Source: an uncultured Pseudomonadota bacterium (GTDB taxonomy: Bacteria > Pseudomonadota > Alphaproteobacteria > Micropepsales > Micropepsaceae). Taken from it: a stretch of 64,000 nt of DNA. The notes under the pieces were generated by a model. That model did no database searches. It had not been told where the DNA came from and saw only the letters and a program-made list of their open reading frames with translations. The position numbers and the translations under genes were made by a program. Shown here piece after piece: positions 46,941 through 56,630 of the stretch (the first letter of the stretch is position 1; every line of letters begins with the position of its first letter). The stretch lies in assembly GCA_963775165.1 (NCBI GenBank), contig CAVZHX010000001.1, forward strand, positions 259,823-323,822. The letters run 5' to 3'.

Positions 46941-48343
46941 ATGACGCAGTCCTACGATGTCATCGTGATCGGCTCGGGCCCGGCGGCTATGTCTGCGCCA
47001 TCCGCGCCGCGCAGCTGGGGCTGAAGGCCGCCATCGTCGAGCGCGACGAGCTGGGCGGCATCTGCCTCAACTGGGGCTGCATCCCGACCAAGGCGCTGCT
47101 GCGCTCCTCCGAAATCTGGCACCTGATGCACCGGCTGGAGGAATTCGGCTTCTCCGCCGACAATCTCAAATTCGATCTGGCCAAGATCGTCGCCCGCTCG
47201 CGCGCGGTCTCCAAGCAGCTTTCGAACGGCGTCGCCTTCCTGATGAAGAAGCACAAGATCACTGTCATCGCGGGCGAGGCCAAGCTGGCGGGCAAGGGCA
47301 AGGTCGCGGTCACCAAGGACGGCAAGACGACCGACTACACGGCCAAGAACATCGTGCTGGCGACCGGCGCGCGCGCGCGCGCGCTGCCGGGGCTGGAGCC
47401 CGACGGCAAGCTGGTCTGGACCTATCGCGAGGCGATGGTGCCGCACGGCGTTTCCCAAGATCGCTGCTGGTGGTCGGCTCGGGCGCCATCGGCATCGAAT
47501 TCGCCAGCTTCTTCCGCACGCTGGGCGCGGAGGTCACGGTGGTCGAAGTGCTCGACCGCGTGCTGCCGGTGGAAGACGAGGAGATTTCCGCGTTCGCCGC
47601 CAAGGCCTTCGACAAGCAGGGCATGACGATCAAGACCTCGACCACGGTCGAGAAGCTGGAGAAGGGCGCGGACAGCGTCACCGCCACGCTCAAAGCCAAG
47701 GACGGCAAGACCGAAACCGCTCACCGTCGACCGCGTCATCCTGGCCGTCGGCATCGTCGGCAATGTCGAGAATATCGGGCTGGAAGCCGCGGGCGTGAAG
47801 GTCGAGAAGACCCATGTCGTGATCGATCAATGGGGCGCGACCGGCGTGCCCGGCATCTGGGCCATCGGCGATCTGGTCGGCCCGCCCTGGCTCGCGCACA
47901 AGGGGATGCATGAGGGCGTGATCGTCGCCGAGCGCATCGCCGGGCGTGAAGGGCGTCCATCCGCTCGACACGTCGAAGGTGCCCGGCTGCACCTATTGCT
48001 GGCCGCAGGTGGCGTCCGTCGGCATGACCGAAGCCAAGGCCAAAGCGAGCGGCCGCAAGATCAAGGTCGGCAGGTTCCCCTTCATCGGCAACGGCAAGGC
48101 GATCGCGCTGGGCGAGCCGGAGGGCCTGGTCAAGACCGTGTTCGATGCCGACGACCGGCGAGCTGCTGGGCGCGCACATGATCGGCGCCGAAGTGACCGA
48201 GCTGATCCAGGGCTACATCGTCGCCGCGCACCGGCGAGCTGACCGACGCCGAGCTGGCGCACACCATCTTCCCGCATCCGACGCTGTCGGAGATGATGCA
48301 CGAAGCGGTGCTCGCCGCCGACGGCGCGGCGCTGCATATTTGA
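46941..48343 (+). CDS. lpdA: Dihydrolipoyl dehydrogenase E3 (frameshifted)
   Basis: GGICLNWGCIPTKALL, GSGAIGIEFA, AIGDL..PWLAHK, HPTLSE. Confidence 0.95.
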
Positions 48344-48367
48344 GGGGCGGGCGCTCGTGTTGGCATG

Positions 48368-48910
48368 TCACTCCGGATCAGGGAAAGGTTCGATTCGATT
48401 GGATATATCCTCAAAAGTCACAATACTTTCGAAGAAATGCGCTTCAGCAAGATTGCACTCAACGAACCCCCTCTCGCAGCACAGCACAGTGGTTGCCTCG
48501 TCATGAGGTAAGACTGTTTGTGGAGCCCGCCCCGGACCAGCCCAGCACTGAGCGCGCCGGGGATAATCTCGTGCCTGCTCTACGACGAAGCGATCTCCTG
48601 GCGCTTTCACCTCGACGTGCAACGCGAACCGGAATCCATTATCTATTTCGAAGATCGCCAGTAAGTCGGTTTCCCGTTCTCCGCACTCGCTTTTGAATTG
48701 GTAAGAATTGCCGGTCCAATAGCTTCGCCACCAGTTCTCTGCACCTGGCGAGCGATGCGCTTTCTGTTCTCGGTCCAACAATCTTGCTTGTTTATCGAGA
48801 TGCGCAAACTTGGTTTGTGCTAAGAACCAGGAACGGAAATCAACGTCCTGTTGTAGCGCTTCTGCTATCGGTCGCGCGTACCGATACTCATTGTGGCCAT
48901 ACCTCTTCAT
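48368..48910 (-). CDS. Hypothetical protein, PD-(D/E)XK nuclease-like
   Basis: ETDLLAIF...ALHVEVK...QARDY pattern; lower GC than flanks. Confidence 0.65.
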   Translation of the reverse strand: MKRYGHNEYRYARPIAEALQQDVDFRSWFLAQTKFAHLDKQARLLDREQKAHRSPGAENWWRSYWTGNSYQFKSECGERETDLLAIFEIDNGFRFALHVEVKAPGDRFVVEQARDYPRRAQCWAGPGRAPQTVLPHDEATTVLCCERGFVECNLAEAHFFESIVTFEDISNRIEPFPDPE

Positions 48911-48917
48911 GCGCCGA

Positions 48918-49085
48918 TCACGGATGCCGGAAGAATCTCAGATAGAAGGCCGCGAACACCGCAACGGTGCCGGCATTCACGATCAGCCGTTCCCAGAACC
49001 GGTGCCGGAAGAACGCGATATCGACGCCGACGATAACCGCCACCATCGCGGCCACGTAAAGCACGATGGTGATGTGTCTTTCCAT
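48918..49085 (-). CDS. 55-aa two-TM small membrane protein (not in ORF track)
   Basis: MERHITIVLYVAAMVAVIVGVDIAFFRHRFWERLIVNAGTVAVFAAFYLRFFRHP; GGAG RBS. Confidence 0.75.
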   Translation of the reverse strand: MERHITIVLYVAAMVAVIVGVDIAFFRHRFWERLIVNAGTVAVFAAFYLRFFRHP

Positions 49086-49219
49086 GTCAGCACCGCTCCG
49101 GACACGTCCGGGCTCGCGACTTCTCAGCCATCGCCCGCGTTCGCGCCCGATATTAGCCCCGTGCCCGGCTGTCCCGATCCGCCGGTCTCCGCGTGTAACA
49201 TTAAATTCATGTCATGTTC

Positions 49220-49572
49220 TTGAAGTTGTATCGTGTTCACTTTATGTATCGCACAGGTGGAACGAAGGAGCACGCATGGCCGCCATGCCGGTGCGCGCGC
49301 GTGAGACGTGCGGCCGGCGATACCCCAAGCGGGCCATACAGGGCGAAGGTCCCCCCGCGCGGACCGGTGCGGAACGGAGGCGGGGTTCGTGGTTCCCCGC
49401 GTAAGGGAGCGGAAAAATCGTCCGCGCCCTCCCGCCCGGAAAAGCCCGAGGACGGCGTGAAGCCGGTGCCAGTCGGCCGCGACAATGCGCGGGCGGTGGC
49501 CGGCCGGACCCGCCGAACCGCAAGGCGGGTCTCGCGTGCATTGTTAGGCGCACGCGCCCCCGCCTTTTCTTT
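49220..49572 (+). ncRNA. Candidate structured RNA (or short leader peptide) with own promoter
   Basis: TTGAAG-17bp-TATGTA; many hairpins including ACAATGCGCG...CGCGTGCATTGT; T-rich end; no recognisable family. Confidence 0.3.
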
Positions 49573-49583
49573 GCGCGATGGTG

Positions 49584-50186
49584 TCAGCCGATCAGGCGCG
49601 CGATGTCGGCGGCGACGGCGGCGGTCTGGTCCGTCGACAGCGTGACGACGCGCGCGTGGCCTTGCGCGTCGAAAAAGAACACCGCCGAGGAATGGTTGAC
49701 CTCGTAGCCGCTCGTCGCGGTCGGCTTCTTGACCGAATAGGCGACGCGGTAGCGCCTTGCCAGCGCGGCGATGGCGTTCTTGGTCCCGCGCAGGCCATCC
49801 ATCTGCGGCGAGAAGACGTTGACATAGGCTTTCAGAATCGCCGCGCTGTCGCGGCCCGGATCGACGCTGACGAACAGCACGCGCACTTGTTTCGCCTTCG
49901 CGCCCAGCGTGCGCAGCGCCTCGGCGAGATTGGCCAGCGTGGTCGGGCATACATCCGGGCAGTTGGTGTAGCCGAAATAGAGCAGCACCACCTTGCCGCG
50001 ATAATCGGCCGCCGTGACGCGCTTGCCGTCATTGGCGCGCAACATCGTGAACTGAAGGTCGGGCATGATTCCGGCGATGTCGCTTCCGTGCCAGCCGTTC
50101 GCGCTCTGGCCGCAGGCGGCGAGCGCAAGGCACATGCAGACGGCGGCGAAGCGGGCGAGCCCGCGGAGATTGGCCATGCCGATCAT
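49584..50186 (-). CDS. SCO1/SenC family copper lipoprotein
   Basis: LAAC lipobox, FGYTNCPDVCP, SVDP.RD, Y.VNHS. Confidence 0.92.
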   Translation of the reverse strand: MIGMANLRGLARFAAVCMCLALAACGQSANGWHGSDIAGIMPDLQFTMLRANDGKRVTAADYRGKVVLLYFGYTNCPDVCPTTLANLAEALRTLGAKAKQVRVLFVSVDPGRDSAAILKAYVNVFSPQMDGLRGTKNAIAALARRYRVAYSVKKPTATSGYEVNHSSAVFFFDAQGHARVVTLSTDQTAAVAADIARLIG

Positions 50187-50320
50187 GGCCGCGCCATAGC
50201 ATGCGGGGCGCCGGCCGCGCCGCGCCCGAAACCTGTGACCAATCGCCTCGCCGCGGGACAAGGCCCAGCCGCATCCGTATAAAGGCGCCGCATTGGGGCC
50301 GGAAGGATTGCCGAAAACCC

Positions 50321-51265
50321 GTGACCGCTGCGATTGCCGAACCCAACGCTGCGCCCACGGCCTTTGGCCGTGCGGCCTGGCTCGCCTATGGCGGCGTGCT
50401 CGCCGTCGGCGCGTTGCTCTTTTTTTTGTGCCGCTATTTCCCGGCCGATCTGCCGGTGTGGTTGCCGTGGGAATTCTCCTGGCCGATCTATCTTGCGACC
50501 ACGCTGGCCTTGGGCTGGTTCGCGCTGGGCTGGCTGCGGCTTCCGCGCGCCCGGCGCCCCGCCCATTGGCGCACGCTGTCGTTCGTGCTGGGCGTGGTCT
50601 CGATCTATGCGGTGGTGCAGACCCATTACGATTATCTCTCCCAGCACATGTTCTTCTTCCATCGCTTCCAGCATCTGGTGCTGCATCATCTGGGGCCGTT
50701 CCTGATCGCTTTGGGCGCCGCGGGCCCGGTTCTGTGGGAAGGCGTGCCGGATTTCTTCAAGCCCGTGCTGCGCGCGCGGCCGGTGCGCGGCTTTGTCGAC
50801 ACGATACAGCATCCGCTGGTGGCGCCGCTGTTGTTCGTGGGCCTGATCTATGTCTGGCTGATCCCGGCGGTACACACCGACGCGATGCTCGACGACCGGC
50901 TCTACAATCTCATGAACTGGTCGATGGCGATCGACGGCATTTTCTTCTGGTGCCTGATCCTGGACGTTCGGCCCAAGCCGCCGGCGCGGGTCTCGAGCGG
51001 CATACGCGCGCTGTTGACGCTCGTGGTGGTGCCGCCACAGATCGCCGTCGGCGCGGTGTTGGCGCTGTCGAGCAGCGACTACTATCCGGTCTACAAGATC
51101 TGCGGACGGATCTTTCCGATCTCGGCGATATCCGATCAGCATTTCGGCGGGCTGATCCTGTGGATTCCCTCGTCGATGATGAGCGTGATCGCTCTCATCC
51201 TGGTGCTCAATTTCATGCGTCTGAACGAAGAAAGGCAGGACCATGCGCGTCGTGACAATCCTTAG
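50321..51265 (+). CDS. Caa3-type CtaG-family cytochrome c oxidase assembly membrane protein
   Basis: HRFQHLVL, W.IP, DQ..GGLILWIP; start uncertain (GTG 50321). Confidence 0.85.
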   Translation: MTAAIAEPNAAPTAFGRAAWLAYGGVLAVGALLFFLCRYFPADLPVWLPWEFSWPIYLATTLALGWFALGWLRLPRARRPAHWRTLSFVLGVVSIYAVVQTHYDYLSQHMFFFHRFQHLVLHHLGPFLIALGAAGPVLWEGVPDFFKPVLRARPVRGFVDTIQHPLVAPLLFVGLIYVWLIPAVHTDAMLDDRLYNLMNWSMAIDGIFFWCLILDVRPKPPARVSSGIRALLTLVVVPPQIAVGAVLALSSSDYYPVYKICGRIFPISAISDQHFGGLILWIPSSMMSVIALILVLNFMRLNEERQDHARRDNP

Positions 51266-51677
51266 CGCGGCGATCGTCGCCGCCTGTATCGCGGCGCCGG
51301 CACGGGCGGCGCAGGTCCAGCTTACCGGCGGCTGGTTCCGTGCGCTTCCCGAGGCGCTGCCCGCGGGCGGCTATTTCCATCTGCGCAACGACGGCCCCGA
51401 CGAAGCGGTGATTGTGGCCGCCGAATCGCCTGCCTGCGGCATGCTGATGCTGCACGAAAGCATCGAAACGGGCGGCGTCAGCCGGATGGAGATGGTCAAG
51501 AACGTCGTGGTGCATGCCGGCGGCGAAATCGATTTCAAGCCCGGCGGCTATCATCTGATGTGCATGAAGCCGAACGCGCAGATGAAGCCCGGGGTCCGCG
51601 TTCCGGTGACGCTGAAATTTCTCGATGGCACGGATGTCACCGCCGCCTTCGACGTCAAGAACGCGGCCGGGAAATAG
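51243..51677 (+). CDS. Periplasmic copper chaperone PCuAC
   Basis: Signal peptide, LHES....SRM, KPGGYHLM. Confidence 0.9.
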   Translation: MRVVTILSAAIVAACIAAPARAAQVQLTGGWFRALPEALPAGGYFHLRNDGPDEAVIVAAESPACGMLMLHESIETGGVSRMEMVKNVVVHAGGEIDFKPGGYHLMCMKPNAQMKPGVRVPVTLKFLDGTDVTAAFDVKNAAGK

Positions 51678-51678
51678 C

Positions 51679-53436
51679 TCAATAGCCGATCGCTTCGCCG
51701 TCCTTGCGAAAATCCGAGCCGCCCCAATAGACGCGGGTCTTGGCGTCGAACTGGATCGCCTGATAGCTGCCGAAATTGCCGGTGCCCGGCACGATCTTGT
51801 AGCCGCGCTTGGCAAGCTCGGCCTTCACCTTGGGATCGAAGCCGGGATCCATCTCGACGGTTCCGATGCCCTGGCTGGGCTCGCCGGTGGGTTCGGCATT
51901 GCCGTAATGGCGCCAGCGCGCGGCGTCGCCCGCCTCCTGCACGTTCATGCCGAAATCGATCATGTTGGTCAGCACCTGGACATGGCCCTGCGCCTGCATG
52001 TCGCCGCCCATGACGCCAAAGGCCATGAAGGGCACATCGCCCTTCATCACGAAGCCTGGAATGATGGTGTGGAAGGGCCGCTTGCCGGGCGCGTAGGCAT
52101 TGGCCGCCTCGGGATCGAGCGAGTACAGCTCGCCGCGGTCCTGGAACATGAAGCCCAGACCATCGGCCACCAGCCCCGAGCCCATGCCGCGATAATTGGA
52201 CTGGATCATCGACACCATCATCCCGTCCTTGTCGGCGGTGACGAAATTGGTGGTGTCGCCCTGGAACAGCGCCGGATCGCCGGGGCCGATATCGGGGTTG
52301 GCGTGATCGAAATGGATCAGCTTGCGGCGCTGGTCGCCATAGGACTTCGAAATCAGCGCCGCCATCGGCACATGCACGAAGCGCGGGTCGGCATAGTATT
52401 TGGCGAGGTCCTCATAGGCCAGCCGCTTGGCTTCGATCATGGCCGTGAGCGTGTCCGCCGAGCCCGGCCCCATCTTCTTGAGGTCGAAGCCCTTGAGGAT
52501 TTGCAGCATCTCGAGCGCCGCAAAGCCCTGGCCGTTGGGCGGCAACTCGTAGACGTCATAGCCGTGATAATCGACCGCCTGCGGCGTCACCCATTCGCCG
52601 TGGAAATCGGCGAAGTCCGAATAACGCAAATCGCCGCCGATGCGCTTGAAATAGGCGTCGATGATGTGGGCGATCTTGCCCTTGTAGAAGGCGTCGCGGC
52701 CGCCCTGGGCGATCTCGGAGAGCGTGTTGGCGAGATCGGTATTCTTGAAGATCTCGCCATGGGCGGGGCTGTGGCCGCCATGTCCGTCGGGAATCAGATA
52801 AGTGTGCCCGGCGTTGCCGAGCTCTTCGATCATCGCCTTCGCGCGCGCGAAGGCGGCCATGTTGCCTTTCCAGTATTCCGCCACCAGCTCGGTCACGGGG
52901 AAACCGTTCTTCGCATAGGCGATTGCCGGCGCCAGGTCCTCGGCGATCGGCAGCTTGCCGAATTTCTGGTGCAGCGCGAACCATGCGTCGACCGTGCCGG
53001 GCACCGTGACCGGCAGCGAGCCGAACGATGGGATATGCGCGCGGTAGGGCAGGCCCGCCTTGGCGTACACCGCCTTGATCTCTTCGGTCATCTTGGCGAG
53101 GTCGCGTCCCTTGGGCGACGGGCCGGAGCCGCTATAGCCGTAGAGCTGTTTCGTCTTCGGATCCCAGACGATGGCGAAGGCGTCACCGCCGATCCCATTC
53201 TGCACCGGCTCCATGAGGCCGAGCGCCGCGTTGGCGGCAATGGCGCCATCGACCGCGCTGCCGCCCTTCTTGAGGATGTCGATGGCGATCTGGGTCGCCA
53301 GCGGCTGGTCGGTCGCCGCCATCCCGTGCTGGGCCAGGACCGGCGAGCGGCTCGCCCAGGTCGGACCCGAATAGCGGTCGCCGCGGCTGATGCCGGCGGC
53401 GTTTGCTCCCGGCGCAATCGATAATCCCAGCACCAT
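51679..53436 (-). CDS. ggt: Gamma-glutamyltransferase
   Basis: GGSAVDGAIA, NGIGGD, DTTNF nucleophile, PGKRPFHTIIP, GGSDFRKDG; start may extend to 53469. Confidence 0.93.
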   Translation of the reverse strand: MVLGLSIAPGANAAGISRGDRYSGPTWASRSPVLAQHGMAATDQPLATQIAIDILKKGGSAVDGAIAANAALGLMEPVQNGIGGDAFAIVWDPKTKQLYGYSGSGPSPKGRDLAKMTEEIKAVYAKAGLPYRAHIPSFGSLPVTVPGTVDAWFALHQKFGKLPIAEDLAPAIAYAKNGFPVTELVAEYWKGNMAAFARAKAMIEELGNAGHTYLIPDGHGGHSPAHGEIFKNTDLANTLSEIAQGGRDAFYKGKIAHIIDAYFKRIGGDLRYSDFADFHGEWVTPQAVDYHGYDVYELPPNGQGFAALEMLQILKGFDLKKMGPGSADTLTAMIEAKRLAYEDLAKYYADPRFVHVPMAALISKSYGDQRRKLIHFDHANPDIGPGDPALFQGDTTNFVTADKDGMMVSMIQSNYRGMGSGLVADGLGFMFQDRGELYSLDPEAANAYAPGKRPFHTIIPGFVMKGDVPFMAFGVMGGDMQAQGHVQVLTNMIDFGMNVQEAGDAARWRHYGNAEPTGEPSQGIGTVEMDPGFDPKVKAELAKRGYKIVPGTGNFGSYQAIQFDAKTRVYWGGSDFRKDGEAIGY

Positions 53437-53465
53437 CGCCGGTTCCTCTCCGGTCAATGTGCGTT

Positions 53466-53972
53466 TCAATATTCCCGCTCCAGTTCCGCAAAGGTGACGT
53501 GACAATGCCCGCCATGCTTCTCGAAATAGCGTTGGTGGTATTCCTCGGCGCGCCAGAAGCTCGTCGCTGGCTCGATGCTCGTCACGATCGGCCGCTTGTA
53601 GCGCCCGGAGGCCGCAGCTTCGGCGCGCTTCTCTTCGGCGACGCGCGCCTGCTCGGGGGAGTGCGTGAAAATCGCGGAGCGGTACTGCGCGCCGACATCG
53701 GGGCCCTGGCGATTGAGCTGGGTGGGATCGTGCATCTTGAAGAACAGCTCGACGAGCTTTCCGTACGACACCCTGGCCGGGTCGAACGTGATCTCCACCA
53801 CTTCGGCGTGGCCGGTGGAGTCGGTGCAGACCTGACGGTAGCTTGGGTTCGCAGTGTGGCCGCCGGCATAGCCACTGGCGACATCAACGACCCCCGGTAC
53901 CTCGCGAAAGAAGCTCTCGACGCCCCAGAAGCAGCCGGCGCCGAATGTGGCCTTTTCCATCATCGCCTCCAT
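53466..53972 (-). CDS. msrA: Peptide methionine sulfoxide reductase A
   Basis: [31 protein letters not shown]. Confidence 0.96.
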   Translation of the reverse strand: MEAMMEKATFGAGCFWGVESFFREVPGVVDVASGYAGGHTANPSYRQVCTDSTGHAEVVEITFDPARVSYGKLVELFFKMHDPTQLNRQGPDVGAQYRSAIFTHSPEQARVAEEKRAEAAASGRYKRPIVTSIEPATSFWRAEEYHQRYFEKHGGHCHVTFAELEREY

Positions 53973-54094
53973 GGCCTGATGACTATAGGAACGTGGCTGG
54001 CTGGCTCAACGCTATCATGTCCGATCCATTTGACGCCGCAAAATCTGCGGCCTAAGCCGGTCGGCGGGAACAAACCCGCTCATCGCAGGGATTT

Positions 54095-55201
54095 ATGAAG
54101 GTCATCGTCATCGGGGCCGGGGTGGCCGGTCTCTCCATCGGCTGGCGGTTGGCGCAGACGGGCGTCGAGACCCTCGTGCTCGAGCGCAGCCAGCCCGCGC
54201 GCGGTGCGACCTGGGCGGCCGCCGGCATGCTTGCGGCCACAGCCGAGACGGTCCATGCGTCGCCCACCGAGACGCAATTCGCGAAATACGCGCTCGGCCT
54301 GTGGCCGGATTTCGCCCGAGAAATCGAAGAGACCACGGGATTGCGGATCGCCTATCGCCGGGACGGTGCGCTTCTGATTGCGCGTGATGCCGCCGAAGCC
54401 GGCGCGCTCAAGACCGGTCACGCACCGGGTGCCGCCTTTCTCTCGGCCGAGAAAGCGCTGGCGAAGGTGCCGCTGCTCTCTCCCGATATTGTAGGCGCGC
54501 TGTGGGCGCCGGATGAAGCCCAGGTCGACAACCGCGCGCTTGGACGGGCGCTTGCGGCCGCGTTTCTGCAGGCGGGCGGAACATTGCAGACGCATGAAAC
54601 CGCCGTCCGCGTCGAAGCGGCTGCGGGCGGCGGCATGGCCGTGCTGACGCCGTTCTCCGTACGCAAAGCCGAAATCGTTCTGCTCGCGGCCGGCGCCTGG
54701 ACCGGCCAGATCGACGGCCTGCCGGCCGGCGCGACGCTGCCGGTCCGTCCGGTGAAGGGCGAGATGCTCGCGCTGTCGCCGCCCGAGGGCGCGAAGCTGC
54801 CGCAGCCTTATGTCTGGGGCCATGACATCTATGTGGTGCCGCGCGGGTCCGTCCTCTTCGTCGGCGCCACCGTCAGCGATTCCGGTTACGACACCACGCT
54901 CACCGAAGAGGCTGTCGACTGGCTCAGATCGCGCGCGATCGCGCTGATGCCGGACTTGGCGCGCTGGGAATTGACGGAACGCTGGGCCGGGTTGCGGCCC
55001 GGCTCGCCCGACGGGTTGCCGATTGTCGGCGCGACCGCCATGGACAACGTGTTCGTGGCGTCGGGCCAGTACCGCAACGGCATTCTGCTCGCGCCGGCCA
55101 TCGCCCGCTCCATGTGCGATCTCATTCTCGGGCGGCCGCCGCAAGCCGATATCTCCGCCTTCGATCCGCGCAGATTTGCCAGCGAGACTGGAGCGCCGTG
55201 A
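54095..55201 (+). CDS. thiO: Glycine oxidase ThiO-like FAD oxidoreductase
   Basis: GAGVAG, ATWAAAGMLA, PVKGEM, WAGLRP, YRNGILLAP. Confidence 0.85.
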   Translation: MKVIVIGAGVAGLSIGWRLAQTGVETLVLERSQPARGATWAAAGMLAATAETVHASPTETQFAKYALGLWPDFAREIEETTGLRIAYRRDGALLIARDAAEAGALKTGHAPGAAFLSAEKALAKVPLLSPDIVGALWAPDEAQVDNRALGRALAAAFLQAGGTLQTHETAVRVEAAAGGGMAVLTPFSVRKAEIVLLAAGAWTGQIDGLPAGATLPVRPVKGEMLALSPPEGAKLPQPYVWGHDIYVVPRGSVLFVGATVSDSGYDTTLTEEAVDWLRSRAIALMPDLARWELTERWAGLRPGSPDGLPIVGATAMDNVFVASGQYRNGILLAPAIARSMCDLILGRPPQADISAFDPRRFASETGAP

Positions 55202-55605
55202 TGGGCGCATTTGTTCTCGATCCGAAGCTGGCGGCCGACACGGTTCACGTCGCCGATTGGCCGCTGTCGCGGCTGTGTCTGATGAACGATGCACGCTTTC
55301 CGTGGCTGATCCTGGTGCCGCGTCGCGCCGAGATCATGGAATTGCATCGGCTCAGCCGTAACGATGGCCTGGCGCTGATGGAGGAGCTGCAGCGAGCGGG
55401 CGCGGGCCTGCAGAAATTGACCGGGGCGGCCAAGATCAACGTGGCCGCTCTCGGGAACCTGGTCACCCAGCTACATGTCCATATCGTGGCCCGCAATCCC
55501 GGAGACGCGGCCTGGCCAGGGCCGGTCTGGGGCTCCGGCCTGGCCGTGCCCTACGCCGAAGAGGTGAGGCAGGTTCTGATCGCGCGGCTGGCAACGGAGC
55601 TTTAA
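55201..55605 (+). CDS. HIT-family hydrolase
   Basis: LMNDARFPWLILVP, KINVAALGN.V.QLHVHIV, DAAWPGPVWG. Confidence 0.9.
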   Translation: MGAFVLDPKLAADTVHVADWPLSRLCLMNDARFPWLILVPRRAEIMELHRLSRNDGLALMEELQRAGAGLQKLTGAAKINVAALGNLVTQLHVHIVARNPGDAAWPGPVWGSGLAVPYAEEVRQVLIARLATEL

Positions 55606-55611
55606 CCAAAC

Positions 55612-55627
55612 TGGCACGCCGATTGCT
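55612..55627 (+). promoter_or_regulatory. Sigma-54 -24/-12 promoter
   Basis: TGGCAC-GCCGA-TTGCT, exact consensus, 37 bp before the ATG at 55665. Confidence 0.85.
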
Positions 55628-55664
55628 GGTGTTGGGGCGTAGAACGCAATGGATCTCAGACGAG

Positions 55665-56570
55665 ATGCTGGCAGAAGCCACCACAGCCGCCCAATCGACC
55701 CGCAGCGAGGTGCTGACCGCGCTGCGCCAGGCAAGCGCCGCCACCGGCTCGGATTTCGACTATCTCCTGGGCACGGCGATGCGCGAGAGCAACCTGAAAC
55801 CTCACGCAAAATCAAGCTGTTCGAGCGCGACCGGGCTGTTTCAGTTCGTTTCGCAAACCTGGCTCGGCATGATCAAGCAGTACGGGACCAAATACGGGCT
55901 CGGGTCCTACGCCGATGCGATTCAGAAGAACGCTGACGGCCGCTACCAGGTGGATGACAAATCCGACCGCCAGGCAATTCTTGCCCTGCGGAACAATCCC
56001 CGCATCGCCGCGCTGATGGCCGGCGAGTACGCCAACCAGACCAAGACGGTGCTTGAGAGCCGGCTTGGCCGCGACGTCTGCAGCGGCGAGCTTTATGCGG
56101 CCCATTTCCTGGGCGCGGGCGCGGCCTGCCGCCTGATCGAGTTGAACAGCCACCATCCCGGCGCCAGTGCCGCCGCGGCCTTCCCGGAAGCCGCCGCTGC
56201 CAACCGTGGCGTCTTCTACAACCAGGACGGCACGCCCAAGACCGTGCGTCAGGTGTATGACTGGAGTCTGAAGCAGCCCAAGGTGCCGGCCACCGTGCTG
56301 GCGCAGGCGGGCGCGGCTGCTGTGCCGCAAGACGCGGCGACGGCGCAGTCGTTGTCCTTCGAGGCCTCGATATTCGGGGGCTCCGGAAGCGGCGATGCCA
56401 TCTCGACGCTGGCCCGGTTCTCGGGCGACGCTCCGGCCGATGGCGCCAGCGCGCTCCAGAGCTTCTGCCTGCCGCAGTCGCCCTTCGTGCTGTCGGCCGG
56501 CGTGGTTAATGTGCTTGCCTCGCTGACGCCGGCCAGGACCGAAGTGTCCGGCAATCGTAAATCTGCCTGA
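55665..56570 (+). CDS. Lytic transglycosylase (SLT-like) protein
   Basis: FDYLL.TA.RES, SSATGLFQF..QTWL, ELYAAHFLG, AN..VFY. Confidence 0.85.
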   Translation: MLAEATTAAQSTRSEVLTALRQASAATGSDFDYLLGTAMRESNLKPHAKSSCSSATGLFQFVSQTWLGMIKQYGTKYGLGSYADAIQKNADGRYQVDDKSDRQAILALRNNPRIAALMAGEYANQTKTVLESRLGRDVCSGELYAAHFLGAGAACRLIELNSHHPGASAAAAFPEAAAANRGVFYNQDGTPKTVRQVYDWSLKQPKVPATVLAQAGAAAVPQDAATAQSLSFEASIFGGSGSGDAISTLARFSGDAPADGASALQSFCLPQSPFVLSAGVVNVLASLTPARTEVSGNRKSA

Positions 56571-56583
56571 GCCAAAACAAAGA

Positions 56584-56608
56584 AGCCCGCGGATTGGCTC
56601 CGCGGGCT
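56584..56608 (-). terminator. Intrinsic terminator between convergent genes
   Basis: AGCCCGCGGA-ttggc-TCCGCGGGCT with T-rich tail on minus strand. Confidence 0.7.
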
Positions 56609-56630
56609 CCGCATTCGCTCTGCGTGGGTG

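Noticed and set aside
51625-53424. Long opposite-strand ORFs (also 815-2674, 5924-7234, 7267-8745, 62596-63957)
   Set aside because: Antisense shadows typical of high-GC codon usage opposite well-supported genes; no motifs
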